From positions 1-64,000 of IMG/VR virus record IMGVR_UViG_3300027714_000004: a stretch of DNA of 64,000 nt. One strand, written 5' to 3'. Both the position numbers and the translations under genes were made by a program. Under the pieces are notes generated by a model. The model was given only the letters and a program-made list of their open reading frames with translations. It did no database searches and was not told the origin of the DNA. This document shows, in pieces, positions 9,688 to 19,571 of this stretch. Numbering within the stretch: the stretch's first letter is position 1; each line of letters begins with the position of its first letter. Source of the DNA: a virus.

Positions 9688-11193
9688 ATGGCAGACAACA
9701 ATTTGTTTAAAGCATTTGGATTTGAATTAAAGAGATCTAAAACAGCAAACAAGGAAGAAGACAAAGCAACTTCTATTGTCCCTAAAGTGGATGAGGATGG
9801 TGCTGGGTATGTCACTGCCTCTGGTTCTTACTTCGGTCAGTATGTTGACATGGAAGGAACTGGTGCGAAGGATAACCAAGAACTAATCAAAAAATATCGC
9901 GGTATGGCTGAACACCCAGAGTGTGACGCGGCAATCGAAGATATCATCAACGAGTCAATCGTTTCTTCTGAACTAGAAAGTTCGGTATCAATCAACTTAG
10001 ATAAAGTTGAAGCCTCAGACAAAATTAAAAAAACCATAACCGAAGAGTTTGATGGCGTTGTTGCTATGTTGAACTTCGAAGAGTATGGCCACGATATTTT
10101 CCGTTCATGGTATGTTGACGGAAGACTCTATCACCACCTAGTAGTAAACGAATCTAACATGAAAGCGGGTATCCAAGAAGTTCGTCCCGTTGATGCAACT
10201 AAGATTCGTAAGGTGAAGGAAGTTCAATACAAAAAAGACACTAAGACAGGTGCGAAGGTTGTTGATACAACTAACGACTTTTACATCTATCAAGAACGCG
10301 CTGGAGCAAACAACGGTGTTAAACTAACACCTGATTCTGTCTCCTATGTCACTTCAGGTCTTCTAGATAGTAGTAAGAAACGCGTACTATCGTATCTACA
10401 GAAGGCAATGAAACCTGTAAATCAATTACGTATGATGGAAGACTCTCTCGTAATCTATCGTATGGCTCGTGCACCAGAACGTCGAATCTTCTATATTGAC
10501 GTGGGTAACTTACCCAAAGGTAAAGCAGAGCAACATCTTAAAGACATCATGTCTCGTTACCGCAATAAGATTGTCTATGACGCAAACAGTGGTGAGATTA
10601 AAGATGGTCGCAAACACATGTCGATGCTCGAAGACTTCTGGTTACCTCGTCGAGAAGGTGGTCGTGGCACAGAGATAAGTACATTACCTGGCGGTGAGAA
10701 CTTAGGACAGATTGATGATATCATCTATTTTCAAAAGAAGTTATATCGGTCACTTAATGTTCCGTTGAACCGTCTAGAGCAAGAGTCACAGTTCTCTATA
10801 GGTCGTTCAACAGAAATCAATAGAGACGAAATAAAGTTCCAAAAGTTCATTGACCGTCTACGAGCAAAGTTCTCTCACCTGTTCTTGGGTATTCTCAAGA
10901 AGCAACTTATACTTAAAGGTATATGTACAGAGCAGGATTGGGAATCTTGGAAGAGTCAGCTCCAAGTAGATTATAGTAGAGACAACCACTTCTCTGAGAT
11001 GAAAGATGCAGAACTTCTGCGAGAACGTCTACAGACTATGGATCAAGTCTCTAGTTATGTCGGTGAATACTTCTCACGTGAGTGGGTAATGAAAAACGTA
11101 ATGATGTTTAATGATGCCGACATCGAAGAGATGTCAAAACAAGTTGAAGCCGAGAATGTTCAAGGCGGAGACGATGAAGAGGAAATTGAATAA
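9688..11193 (+). CDS. gp20: Portal protein gp20
   Basis: RAPERRIFYIDVGNLPK and EDFWLPRREGGRGTEI motifs. Confidence 0.97.
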   Translation: MADNNLFKAFGFELKRSKTANKEEDKATSIVPKVDEDGAGYVTASGSYFGQYVDMEGTGAKDNQELIKKYRGMAEHPECDAAIEDIINESIVSSELESSVSINLDKVEASDKIKKTITEEFDGVVAMLNFEEYGHDIFRSWYVDGRLYHHLVVNESNMKAGIQEVRPVDATKIRKVKEVQYKKDTKTGAKVVDTTNDFYIYQERAGANNGVKLTPDSVSYVTSGLLDSSKKRVLSYLQKAMKPVNQLRMMEDSLVIYRMARAPERRIFYIDVGNLPKGKAEQHLKDIMSRYRNKIVYDANSGEIKDGRKHMSMLEDFWLPRREGGRGTEISTLPGGENLGQIDDIIYFQKKLYRSLNVPLNRLEQESQFSIGRSTEINRDEIKFQKFIDRLRAKFSHLFLGILKKQLILKGICTEQDWESWKSQLQVDYSRDNHFSEMKDAELLRERLQTMDQVSSYVGEYFSREWVMKNVMMFNDADIEEMSKQVEAENVQGGDDEEEIE

Positions 11194-11444
11194 TGAGTGA
11201 TTTAGATTTAGCAGTAGAAACCCCAACAATGGATTTTGTTAGTGCGTTACAGAGCGGAAACTTCAATGATGCAGAAGAGCTCTTCAAAGACATTCTAGGT
11301 GACAAAGTACAACAGTCTCTAGACGCAGAGAAGGTTTCTGTTGCAGACCAGATGTTCAATGGTGTTGAACCTGTGGAACTAGAAACAGAGATGGACGACG
11401 AAGAAGTAGACGCTATACTAGATACTGTCTCAGAAGACGAATAA
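11193..11444 (+). CDS. gp67: Prohead core protein, gp67-like
   Basis: Small acidic ORF between the portal and gp68/gp21; call rests on synteny. Confidence 0.65.
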   Translation: MSDLDLAVETPTMDFVSALQSGNFNDAEELFKDILGDKVQQSLDAEKVSVADQMFNGVEPVELETEMDDEEVDAILDTVSEDE

Positions 11445-11451
11445 GAATCGG

Positions 11452-11475
11452 TATAAATACTTTTTTGTATAAATA
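11452..11475 (+). promoter_or_regulatory. Tandem T4 late promoters
   Basis: TATAAATA at 11452 and 11468. Confidence 0.8.
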
Positions 11476-11495
11476 CTCCTAAAAGGGGACTTATT

Positions 11496-11693
11496 GTGAA
11501 AAAATTCAGAGATTTGCGGGAAGCGAAAGATAAAGTAGTCTTTAATAAAAAGATGTCCGGATATCCTGTTGTTATCACAAAAACCGATAAAGGTTTTCAT
11601 CTAACTATAGATGGAGATTCGGTTGACGCATTTAAGTCACAGAAAGAAGCGGAAGTAACCGCGAAACAAGTCCTCAAAGACTTAGGAAAATAA
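11496..11693 (+). CDS. Prohead core protein, gp68-like
   Basis: Position before gp21; N-terminus MKKFRDLRE resembles a capsid-targeting sequence. Confidence 0.55.
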   Translation: MKKFRDLREAKDKVVFNKKMSGYPVVITKTDKGFHLTIDGDSVDAFKSQKEAEVTAKQVLKDLGK

Positions 11694-11694
11694 A

Positions 11695-12354
11695 ATGAAA
11701 CTGATTAGCGAATACGTAGAGAACGATGTACAATGCATTGTAGAAGCCAAAGATAATGGTGAGAAGAGTTACGTTATTGAAGGTGTATTTGCACAAGCAG
11801 ATCAAAAGAATAGAAACGGACGTATTTACCCAAGAGCCATTATGGAGTCTGCGGTAAATAAATATGTTGAAGACCAAGTTAGCAAGAAACGCGCCGTGGG
11901 TGAATTGAATCATCCTGAAGGCCCTACAGTTAACTTGGATAAAGTTTCTCACCTCATCACTGACCTTAGATTAGAAGGCAATGATGTGGTAGGAAGGGCA
12001 CAAATATTAGATACTCCTATGGGTAAGATCGTAAAAGGTCTCTTAGAAGGTGGTGTTCAATTAGGCGTGTCAACTCGTGGTATGGGAAGTCTTGAGACAA
12101 GAAATGGCGTAAACTACGTCAAAGAAGACTTTATTCTTAGTACAATTGATATTGTGCAAGATCCAAGTGCACCTGAAGCTTTCGTTAATGGGATTATGGA
12201 AGGTGTAGACTGGGTATGGAATAATGGAATTTTACAACCTCAAGTCATTGAAGAGATAGAGACTGAAATCAAACAAGCAACTGAAGCACATCGTCCAGAA
12301 GTGCAGATTCGTGAGTTTAAGAATTTCCTCTCGTTAATCAAATCTAAACTATAA
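11695..12354 (+). CDS. gp21: Prohead protease gp21
   Basis: NRNGRIY, GELNHP, GVSTRGMGS and DIVQDPSAP motifs. Confidence 0.96.
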   Translation: MKLISEYVENDVQCIVEAKDNGEKSYVIEGVFAQADQKNRNGRIYPRAIMESAVNKYVEDQVSKKRAVGELNHPEGPTVNLDKVSHLITDLRLEGNDVVGRAQILDTPMGKIVKGLLEGGVQLGVSTRGMGSLETRNGVNYVKEDFILSTIDIVQDPSAPEAFVNGIMEGVDWVWNNGILQPQVIEEIETEIKQATEAHRPEVQIREFKNFLSLIKSKL

Positions 12355-12363
12355 GGAGTCACT

Positions 12364-13410
12364 ATGACTGATTTAAATAAGACAGACAGTGAAATCCGCG
12401 ATACAGATGTTGAAACTAACGAAATCGTGGAGGGAACTCTCGAAGAAGCAAAAGCCCCTGCAGCTACAGGCGTAACGACAGACGGACAAGAAGTATCAGA
12501 GCCAGAGTCAATCGCATCAGTAGACAAAGCGGCAAAATCTACTTCTAAGGCGACACTACCTAAAACTAAAGCTGGTATGATCAATGCGATGTATCAGAAA
12601 ATGAACAAGATGAAGAAAGAAGATCTAACTTCTTCTTATTCAAAAATGTTCGAAGGTATTGACCTAGAAGACTATGTTGCAGAACAAACTGATTCTCAGT
12701 CTGAACTTGCGGCAATCGTTGAAGGCGAAGCAACTCTATCTGAAGAGTTCAAAGAAAAGACATCACTAATTTTTGAAGCAGCTGTTAAGTCAAAGTTGTC
12801 CGAAGAAGTTACTCGTCTTGAAGAGCAGTATTCAGAAGAACTTGCTGAAGAAGTATCTTCAATTAAAACCGACTTGGTAGGTAAGGTAGATTCTTACCTA
12901 AACTATGTAGTTGAATCTTGGATGGAAGAGAACAAGTTAGCGATCCACTCCGGTCTACGTACCGAAATCGCTGAAGGGTTCATGGACAAGATGAAGGATC
13001 TATTCGTAGAGTCTTACATCGACGTTCCAGAGTCTAAGGTAGACCTAGTTGACGAATTAGCATTGCAAGTAGAAGAGTTAGAAGAAAAACTAAACTCAAC
13101 TACTGGTGACGCAATTTCACTTGCTGAAGAACTAGAAACTTACAAGCGTGATTCAATCATCGCTGAAGCTTCTCGTGGATTAGCAGACACACAAGCCGAA
13201 AAGTTAAAAGGACTTCTCGAAACAGTTGAATTTGAAAGTGAAGAGACATTCACTGCAAAAGTAACTACTGTTAAAGAGTCATACTTTTCAAAAGAAATCC
13301 CTGAGCAACTCGAAGAATCAGCCGTCACAGACGATGCTGAAGAAGAAATCGAAGTATCTTCTATGATGGAAGGTTACATCTCTGCTCTAAGAAAAACCTC
13401 TAAGAAATAA
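12364..13410 (+). CDS. gp22: Prohead core scaffold gp22
   Basis: LSEEFKEK..IFEAA and VDSYLNYVVESW motifs; acidic coiled coil. Confidence 0.93.
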   Translation: MTDLNKTDSEIRDTDVETNEIVEGTLEEAKAPAATGVTTDGQEVSEPESIASVDKAAKSTSKATLPKTKAGMINAMYQKMNKMKKEDLTSSYSKMFEGIDLEDYVAEQTDSQSELAAIVEGEATLSEEFKEKTSLIFEAAVKSKLSEEVTRLEEQYSEELAEEVSSIKTDLVGKVDSYLNYVVESWMEENKLAIHSGLRTEIAEGFMDKMKDLFVESYIDVPESKVDLVDELALQVEELEEKLNSTTGDAISLAEELETYKRDSIIAEASRGLADTQAEKLKGLLETVEFESEETFTAKVTTVKESYFSKEIPEQLEESAVTDDAEEEIEVSSMMEGYISALRKTSKK

Positions 13411-13422
13411 GGAATCTAAAAA

Positions 13423-14730
13423 ATGAATAATTCATACGACACATTGATTGAAAAATGGTCTCCAGTACTAAACGAAGAATCAGCTGGTAAGATCACAGAT
13501 CATCACCGTAAAGCAGTTACTGCTGCTATCCTAGAAAACCAAGAACGCGCAATGATCGAAGAACGCGCTGCTTCACAGGGTTTCCTAGCAGAATCTCCAA
13601 CTAACGCAACTGGTTCTGCCGTTGCTAACTGGGATCCAGTTTTGATCTCTCTAGTACGCCGTGCAATGCCTAACCTAATGGCATATGACGTATGTGGCGT
13701 TCAGCCAATGTCAGGCCCAACTGGTCTTATCTTTGCAATGAAAGCAAAGTATACTTCACAGACTGGTGATGAAGCACTATTCAACGAAGCAAACTCTGCA
13801 TTCTCTGGTACTGGTACACAAACTGCTGAATCATCAGGTATGTCTGGATTCGACGAGGCCACTGGTCTTGGTCGTGAGCTAGATGCTGCTGGTCGTCCAA
13901 TCGCTACTTCAGCTGCTGAAGCACTCGGTGAAGCTGGTGGTACTGACTTCGCAGAAATGGGTTTCTCAATCGAGAAGCAATCTGTTGTTGCTAAGTCACG
14001 TGCACTTAAAGCAGAATACTCTCTAGAACTTGCACAAGATCTTAAAGCAATCCACGGCCTTGACGCAGAAACAGAATTGGCAAACATCTTGTCAACTGAG
14101 ATCCTAGCAGAAATCAACCGCGAAGTAATTCGTACAGTTAACACTCAGGCAGTTCTAGGTGCTCAACAAGCATCAATCGCGAACGCTGGTGTTTTCGATC
14201 TAACTTCAGACGCAGACGGACGTTGGTCAGCAGAGAAGTTCAAGGGTCTAGTAATTCAATTGGATCGTGAAGCGAACGAAATTGCTAAGACAACTCGTCG
14301 TGGTAAGGGTAACATCGTAATCTGTTCATCAGACGTTGCTACTGCACTTGCTGCTTCTGGTCAGTTGGACTATCAAGTAGGCGCTGGTCTACAGGTAGAC
14401 GATACTGGTAATACTTTTGCTGGTACTCTAAACGGTCGTATGAAAGTCTATATCGATCCATACGCCTCAATCGACTACTGTACTGTTGGTTATAAGGGTT
14501 CTAACGCTTATGACGCAGGTGTGTTCTACTGCCCATATGTTCCATTACAAATGGTTAAGGCAGTATCTGAAGATACTTTCCAGCCTAAGATTGGTTTCAA
14601 GACGCGTTACGGAATGGCTGCAAACCCATTCGTTACTAGCGCTAATGCTAATCAGGATATCTCATCGAGCAAGGGCGTTAACACTTACTACCGCATCTTC
14701 CGTGTCGATAACCTAATGGTTACTGTATAA
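13423..14730 (+). CDS. gp23: Major capsid protein gp23
   Basis: GVQPMSGPTGLIFA, ELAQDLKAIHGLDAE and QPKIGFKTRYG motifs. Confidence 0.98.
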   Translation: MNNSYDTLIEKWSPVLNEESAGKITDHHRKAVTAAILENQERAMIEERAASQGFLAESPTNATGSAVANWDPVLISLVRRAMPNLMAYDVCGVQPMSGPTGLIFAMKAKYTSQTGDEALFNEANSAFSGTGTQTAESSGMSGFDEATGLGRELDAAGRPIATSAAEALGEAGGTDFAEMGFSIEKQSVVAKSRALKAEYSLELAQDLKAIHGLDAETELANILSTEILAEINREVIRTVNTQAVLGAQQASIANAGVFDLTSDADGRWSAEKFKGLVIQLDREANEIAKTTRRGKGNIVICSSDVATALAASGQLDYQVGAGLQVDDTGNTFAGTLNGRMKVYIDPYASIDYCTVGYKGSNAYDAGVFYCPYVPLQMVKAVSEDTFQPKIGFKTRYGMAANPFVTSANANQDISSSKGVNTYYRIFRVDNLMVTV

Positions 14731-14769
14731 GATACATAAAAAATAGAACTAGGTATACCTAGTCGTTTT

Positions 14770-14796
14770 AAGGGACTCTTCGGAGTCCCTTTTTTT
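14770..14796 (+). terminator. Rho-independent terminator after gp23
   Basis: AGGGACTC-TTCG-GAGTCCCT followed by a T-run. Confidence 0.93.
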
Positions 14797-14801
14797 ATGC
14801 A

Positions 14802-14809
14802 TATAAATA
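14802..14809 (+). promoter_or_regulatory. T4 late promoter
   Basis: TATAAATA directly after the terminator. Confidence 0.75.
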
Positions 14810-14902
14810 ACTACATGGAAGATGTTCTGTGTATCAAGTGATACGCACTCTAACCGTGAGACATGGAACCCACAACCGGAAGTACTTAATAAGGAGAGAC
14901 CT

Positions 14903-15112
14903 ATGCGCATTCTAATGATTGCAGCGATGGTACTTCTGTCTGCCTGTTCTACAGTCGATGCAACAATTGACGGAACGGGAGGTATCATCAAAGGTGTCGG
15001 TTCTGATGTCTTTGGTGTGACCGCAGGTGTCCTTGACGTAACATCTAACCTCATTAAAGATGTTGCTGTAAAAACTGGCACTGACGCGACAGCACCCGAA
15101 GAAACAAAGTAA
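14903..15112 (+). CDS. Small lipoprotein (entericidin-like)
   Basis: AAGGAG SD, then MRILMIAAMVLLSA|CSTV (signal peptide II with lipobox), followed by an amphipathic Gly-rich helix. Confidence 0.7.
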   Translation: MRILMIAAMVLLSACSTVDATIDGTGGIIKGVGSDVFGVTAGVLDVTSNLIKDVAVKTGTDATAPEETK

Positions 15113-15151
15113 GTAAGGAGTTCGATGGCCATGGATGGCACTTATTACCCG

Positions 15152-15159
15152 TATAAATA
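15152..15159 (+). promoter_or_regulatory. T4 late promoter
   Basis: TATAAATA upstream of gp3. Confidence 0.8.
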
Positions 15160-15180
15160 CAGTGAACCAGAGGATATATC

Positions 15181-15648
15181 ATGGCAATAACTGAAAACAA
15201 GAATTTTTTACAACCTACCGGATTCCGCGTCATTGTAGAACGCGAGCACTATGGTAACTTAGAATTCTTCGCACAGACAGTTCAACATCCCGGCACAACA
15301 GTTTCTGCCGCAGAGGTTTCTAATCCTAGACTCCAATCTGGACTACCAGTAGCTGGCGACTCTATAAACTACGGGGAACTGTCACTCAGTCTAATTCTAG
15401 ACGAAGACTTAACTGCATACAAAGAAGTTCAGAAATGGTTGGAAGACGGGGTCTTCACCGAAGAATCTCCGTACCATGATATAACTGTCATAGTCCTAAC
15501 AAGCCATAATAACTTTTGTGCGAAGATCCAGTATAAGAACTGCATACCTACACAGTTGGGTGCAATTGAATTTGCATCAACAACAGGTGATGTTACGTAT
15601 ATTAACTTTGATGCTACCTTTAGATTTAGTGAATTCATCATATCATGA
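15181..15648 (+). CDS. gp3: Tail completion / tube terminator gp3
   Basis: NFLQPTGF N-terminus and LILDEDLTAYKEV; position after gp23 and before uvsY. Confidence 0.8.
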   Translation: MAITENKNFLQPTGFRVIVEREHYGNLEFFAQTVQHPGTTVSAAEVSNPRLQSGLPVAGDSINYGELSLSLILDEDLTAYKEVQKWLEDGVFTEESPYHDITVIVLTSHNNFCAKIQYKNCIPTQLGAIEFASTTGDVTYINFDATFRFSEFIIS

Positions 15649-16292
15649 GTCTAAGCAAGTTTACCATCAAGAATAAAAATGTTCTGAATATTCTTGAGGA
15701 CTTTCGATATACTTACCGAGAGTTGTATCAACCAGAGATTACCAACAACTGCCTATTCACTGAAATGAAAGGTATGGGGGATCACTATACGGGTGAAGAT
15801 GAGATGCACCGTATTATTGATATGGGTGAAGATCACGATGGATCCGCTTCGAATTCATTTTGCTATGCTATAAAACCTTCTCATTATAATGGTACTCACC
15901 CAGAAGAATATGCTAAGACTTGGCATAATTTAAACAATGGGTTGACCGAGGAGTTGGGTGTTCATAATAGTGCACTATCAACCCTATACCCATCTGGTGG
16001 ATTTATCGGTTGGCATAATAATGCAAATGCCTCTGCATACAACCTAATATTTACTTGGTCAGAGCATGGTGATGGTTGGTTTAAGTACGTAGACCCAAAG
16101 ACTCAAGAGGTGGTGACCATTCAAGACGATAAAGGATGGAACCTCAAGGCCGGTCATTTTGGTGAATATGGGTCTGGAGATGTTGTGTATCACTCCGCAA
16201 AGACTAATTGCTACCGGATGACCCTCAGTTATGTTCTAGGGCATGACGAAGATTATTGGAAAGATTGTATTGATTTTATAACAAATCCGTGA
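15645..16292 (+). CDS. 2OG-Fe(II) oxygenase-like (cupin/DSBH) protein, paralog A
   Basis: YPSGGFIGWHNN ... VYHSA..CYRMTLSY; paralogous to 39987-40667. Confidence 0.55.
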   Translation: MSLSKFTIKNKNVLNILEDFRYTYRELYQPEITNNCLFTEMKGMGDHYTGEDEMHRIIDMGEDHDGSASNSFCYAIKPSHYNGTHPEEYAKTWHNLNNGLTEELGVHNSALSTLYPSGGFIGWHNNANASAYNLIFTWSEHGDGWFKYVDPKTQEVVTIQDDKGWNLKAGHFGEYGSGDVVYHSAKTNCYRMTLSYVLGHDEDYWKDCIDFITNP

Positions 16293-16334
16293 TATAATGA
16301 ACATATAAGTACTACTTGAATTGAAGGATATTTT

Positions 16335-16781
16335 ATGATTGATTTGGACTCCGTTCTTAAAGAATGGCAGGAAGACTGTCCCATCTCCCAACATCAGTTG
16401 GATGAGGTGTCTAGACAAACCCCATCATTACACGCAAAATACTTGCAGTATCTGGCACTCGCCAAGTTGCAACTCAAACGTTCTGAAAACATCCAGAAGA
16501 CGTTACTCAAACAAAAGTTCTTATACTACAACGGAAAGATGTCTCAAGAAGAGGTCTTAGCGACTGGGTGGGATTTAGACCCATTCAATGGTCTGCGCAT
16601 GTTGAAGGGTGAAATGGAATACTACTATGATGCTGATCCTGAGATTCAGAAATCTGAAGAGAAGGTAATCTATCACAAAACACTTATCGATACCCTGACT
16701 AATATAGTCGACACTCTGAAGTGGAGACACCAGACAATTAGAAACATGATATCGTGGCGTCAGTTCGAAGCCGGTGGTTAA
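16335..16781 (+). CDS. uvsY: Recombination mediator UvsY
   Basis: PSLHAKY, YYNGK, YYDADPEI and W..FEAG motifs. Confidence 0.9.
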   Translation: MIDLDSVLKEWQEDCPISQHQLDEVSRQTPSLHAKYLQYLALAKLQLKRSENIQKTLLKQKFLYYNGKMSQEEVLATGWDLDPFNGLRMLKGEMEYYYDADPEIQKSEEKVIYHKTLIDTLTNIVDTLKWRHQTIRNMISWRQFEAGG

Positions 16782-16825
16782 GGAACATATAAGTATATCT
16801 ATAAAGGTAAGACGGTGATATTGAA

Positions 16826-16978
16826 ATGTATGATGAACAGGATCTAAAGAAAGCAGAACAACTGCATTTTCTAGGACATAAAATTGATATAGAAGTTATT
16901 GAGTTAGCAAAGATTATTTATGAGCGTAGACAACAAGATTCGAATCAGGATGGTCAACCACAGTTACTTCGCGGTTGA
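16826..16978 (+). CDS. Small hypothetical protein (50 aa) overlapping the uvsW start
   Basis: ATG after GGTG; MYDEQDLKKAEQLHFLGHKIDIEVIELAKIIYERRQ... fills the uvsY-uvsW gap. Confidence 0.45.
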   Translation: MYDEQDLKKAEQLHFLGHKIDIEVIELAKIIYERRQQDSNQDGQPQLLRG

Positions 16979-18449
16979 AGCACATCCAGCACAGGAACAG
17001 GAGTTAAGAGAATACTTTTCTTTCTTCGTGCCTGGCTATAAGTTTATGCCCGCTTTCAAGTCTCGACACTGGGACGGTAAGGTTAAACTTTATAACATGG
17101 TTTCGAAACAAATGAATGTGGGTCTGTATACTCACCTTCGTCGTTTCTGTGCAGATCGTTTTTATCAATTAGAGATACTTGAACATGAGGTGTACGGAAT
17201 ACCCTCGTTTAAGGAAGATATCGACCACCCCGCTCTAATTGACTTCTTGTCGGTTTTGGACGTTCCTTTCAAACCTAGAGACTATCAATACAAGGCTATC
17301 GCGCATGGAGTCGAGAACAGACGATGTCTTCTGTTGAGTCCTACGGGTAGTGGTAAGTCTTTCATTATATACAATCTTCTCCGGTATTGCTATGAAGTGA
17401 CCGAAGGGAAGATATTGGTCATTGTCCCAACCACCTCTCTGGTTGAACAGATGTACAAAGACTTTTCCGACTACGGTTATGACGTGGATGAGTTCTGTCA
17501 TAAGATCTACTCTGGTAAGGAGAAGGTTACTGATAAGAGGGTTATCATCTCTACATGGCAGTCAATCTATAAGTTTGGTAAAGAGTGGTTCGAACAGTTC
17601 AACACAGTCTTTGGAGATGAAGTACATCTTTTCAAAGCAAAGTCTCTCTCTGGTATGATGGACAAGTGTACAGAAGCACAGTATAGATTTGGTCTTACTG
17701 GTACGCTTGACGGTACTGAGACTAACAAGTTGGTACTAGAAGGTTTATTCGGGCCTACGTTTACGGTGACACGCACCGTGGAATTGCAGAAAGCTAAACA
17801 GCTTGCAGAATTAGACATATCAATTCTGCTGTTAAGGTATCATAGTGATATCTGTAATATGATGAGGGATAAAAACTATCAAGAGGAACTTGATTATATC
17901 GTCACATATGAACCACGTAATAAGTTTATAAGTAAGATAGCAATAGATCAAACGGGTAATACTTTAGTTATGTTTCAGTTTGTTGAGAAGCACGGTAAGG
18001 TGTTATATGAGATGATCAAGTCTATGGCAGCTGAGGGACGTAAGGTGTTTTATGTTTCTGGTGAGGTAGACGCTACTGATCGCGAACGTATACGAGGTAT
18101 CGTAGAAAAAGAACATGACTCTATTATTGTTGCTTCTCTTGGGACTTTCAGCACTGGCATCAACATCCGCAACTTGCACAATATTGTATTTGCGACTCCA
18201 TCCAAATCTCAAGTTAAAGTCCTCCAATCAGTTGGGCGTGGTCTGCGCCAGTCTGATGATGGTAGGACTACTAAGCTTATTGATATCGCTGATGATCTCC
18301 ATGTCAACTCTCATAAGAATTTTACTCTGAGACATAGCGCCGAAAGGATTAAGATATATACTAAGGAAGGATTTAATTATAAAGTATATCCTATCGACCT
18401 AAAACCTATATTATCAAAGGATACTGATACAAATGAGTACTTCGATTAG
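16920..18449 (+). CDS. uvsW: SF2 helicase UvsW
   Basis: PTGSGKS, DEVH and LQSVGRGLR motifs. Confidence 0.96.
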   Translation: MSVDNKIRIRMVNHSYFAVEAHPAQEQELREYFSFFVPGYKFMPAFKSRHWDGKVKLYNMVSKQMNVGLYTHLRRFCADRFYQLEILEHEVYGIPSFKEDIDHPALIDFLSVLDVPFKPRDYQYKAIAHGVENRRCLLLSPTGSGKSFIIYNLLRYCYEVTEGKILVIVPTTSLVEQMYKDFSDYGYDVDEFCHKIYSGKEKVTDKRVIISTWQSIYKFGKEWFEQFNTVFGDEVHLFKAKSLSGMMDKCTEAQYRFGLTGTLDGTETNKLVLEGLFGPTFTVTRTVELQKAKQLAELDISILLLRYHSDICNMMRDKNYQEELDYIVTYEPRNKFISKIAIDQTGNTLVMFQFVEKHGKVLYEMIKSMAAEGRKVFYVSGEVDATDRERIRGIVEKEHDSIIVASLGTFSTGINIRNLHNIVFATPSKSQVKVLQSVGRGLRQSDDGRTTKLIDIADDLHVNSHKNFTLRHSAERIKIYTKEGFNYKVYPIDLKPILSKDTDTNEYFD

Positions 18450-18837
18450 ACATTTTAAGTTAGTTACTGGTGAAGAAGTTATATGTGAAGTACTTGAAGA
18501 GACTGGAGATACTATTGTAGTTAACAATGCAATGAGTCTTATGCAGAATACTTTAAAGAATGGTGATAAGTTTTTTACTTTTAAAACTTACATGGTGTAT
18601 CAAGATACTCCTATGAATGTCATAGTCATTTTTACTGATAAGATTATGTCTCTAGCAACACCTGCCAAAGAGATGTTAGATCAGTACTCTATGGCAATTA
18701 AGGAGATGGCTAAATATATCGAAGAGACTTACAAAGATAGTTCTGATGAAGAAATGTCTTTAGATGAATTTTTAGATGATATGGATAAAGAAACTAGACT
18801 GTTAGACTCTGATGTAACAGGAATGTTATCCAACTAA
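18433..18837 (+). CDS. Conserved T4-like hypothetical protein (Sm-like N-terminus)
   Basis: FKLVTGEEVICEV N-terminus; occupies the uvsW-gp55 slot. Confidence 0.65.
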   Translation: MSTSIRHFKLVTGEEVICEVLEETGDTIVVNNAMSLMQNTLKNGDKFFTFKTYMVYQDTPMNVIVIFTDKIMSLATPAKEMLDQYSMAIKEMAKYIEETYKDSSDEEMSLDEFLDDMDKETRLLDSDVTGMLSN

Positions 18838-18870
18838 TTTAGTATATACCCCTCTGGGACTACAAGCTAG

Positions 18871-18899
18871 ATTATACACTATAAAACACCATCTGTCAA
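18871..18899 (-). promoter_or_regulatory. Antisense sigma70 promoter
   Basis: Minus strand reads TTGACA-17 nt-TATAAT. Confidence 0.7.
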
Positions 18900-18924
18900 G
18901 ATAAAAAGAAATTATATTTAAGCA

Positions 18925-18953
18925 TTGACACATCGTGGTAAATGTAGTATAAT
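18925..18953 (+). promoter_or_regulatory. Sigma70 promoter for gp55
   Basis: TTGACA-N17-TATAAT. Confidence 0.88.
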
Positions 18954-18981
18954 AAGGGTTAAATTAATCGAGTGATATATC

Positions 18982-19563
18982 ATGAAACCAAAAGAAAAAC
19001 CGCATTACGTAAGCAATAGAGATTTCTCTAACGCCGTAGTAGAATACTGCACCACCGTTAAGGAAGCAGAAGCTGAAGGTAATTCACGTCCTGTAGTTAC
19101 TAACTATATCGCTTCTTGTTTCTTAAAGATTGCAGAAGGTCTTTCCCATAAAGGCAATTTCGTTCGTTACACCTATCGTGAAGAGATGGTGATGGACGCA
19201 GTAGAGAATTGTCTTAAAGCAATTGAAAACTATGATATTGAAGCTGCAACTCGATCAGGTAAGCCAAATGCATTCGCATATTTCACCCAGATATCATGGT
19301 ATGCCTTCCTCCGAAGAATTCAAAAAGAAAAGAAACAACAAGACATCAAAATGAAGTATATTGCTGAAGCAGACATCAGCGCATTCATGGATGGTGACGG
19401 TGAAGGTTTCTTTCAACAATCTCCCTTTGTAGATACTCTACGTCAACGTATTGATGTTGTTAAGAATGCAGATGACGACTTCAAACAGTATACGAAAGAT
19501 GAGAAGAAAAGAAAGAGACGAGCAGTAAACGTTGACTCTGATTTAGCAGGATGGATTGAATAA
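18982..19563 (+). CDS. gp55: Late sigma factor gp55
   Basis: HYVSN, KIAEGLSHKGNF and NAFAYFTQI..YAFLRRIQKEK motifs. Confidence 0.96.
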   Translation: MKPKEKPHYVSNRDFSNAVVEYCTTVKEAEAEGNSRPVVTNYIASCFLKIAEGLSHKGNFVRYTYREEMVMDAVENCLKAIENYDIEAATRSGKPNAFAYFTQISWYAFLRRIQKEKKQQDIKMKYIAEADISAFMDGDGEGFFQQSPFVDTLRQRIDVVKNADDDFKQYTKDEKKRKRRAVNVDSDLAGWIE

Positions 19564-19571
19564 TAAAAGAC

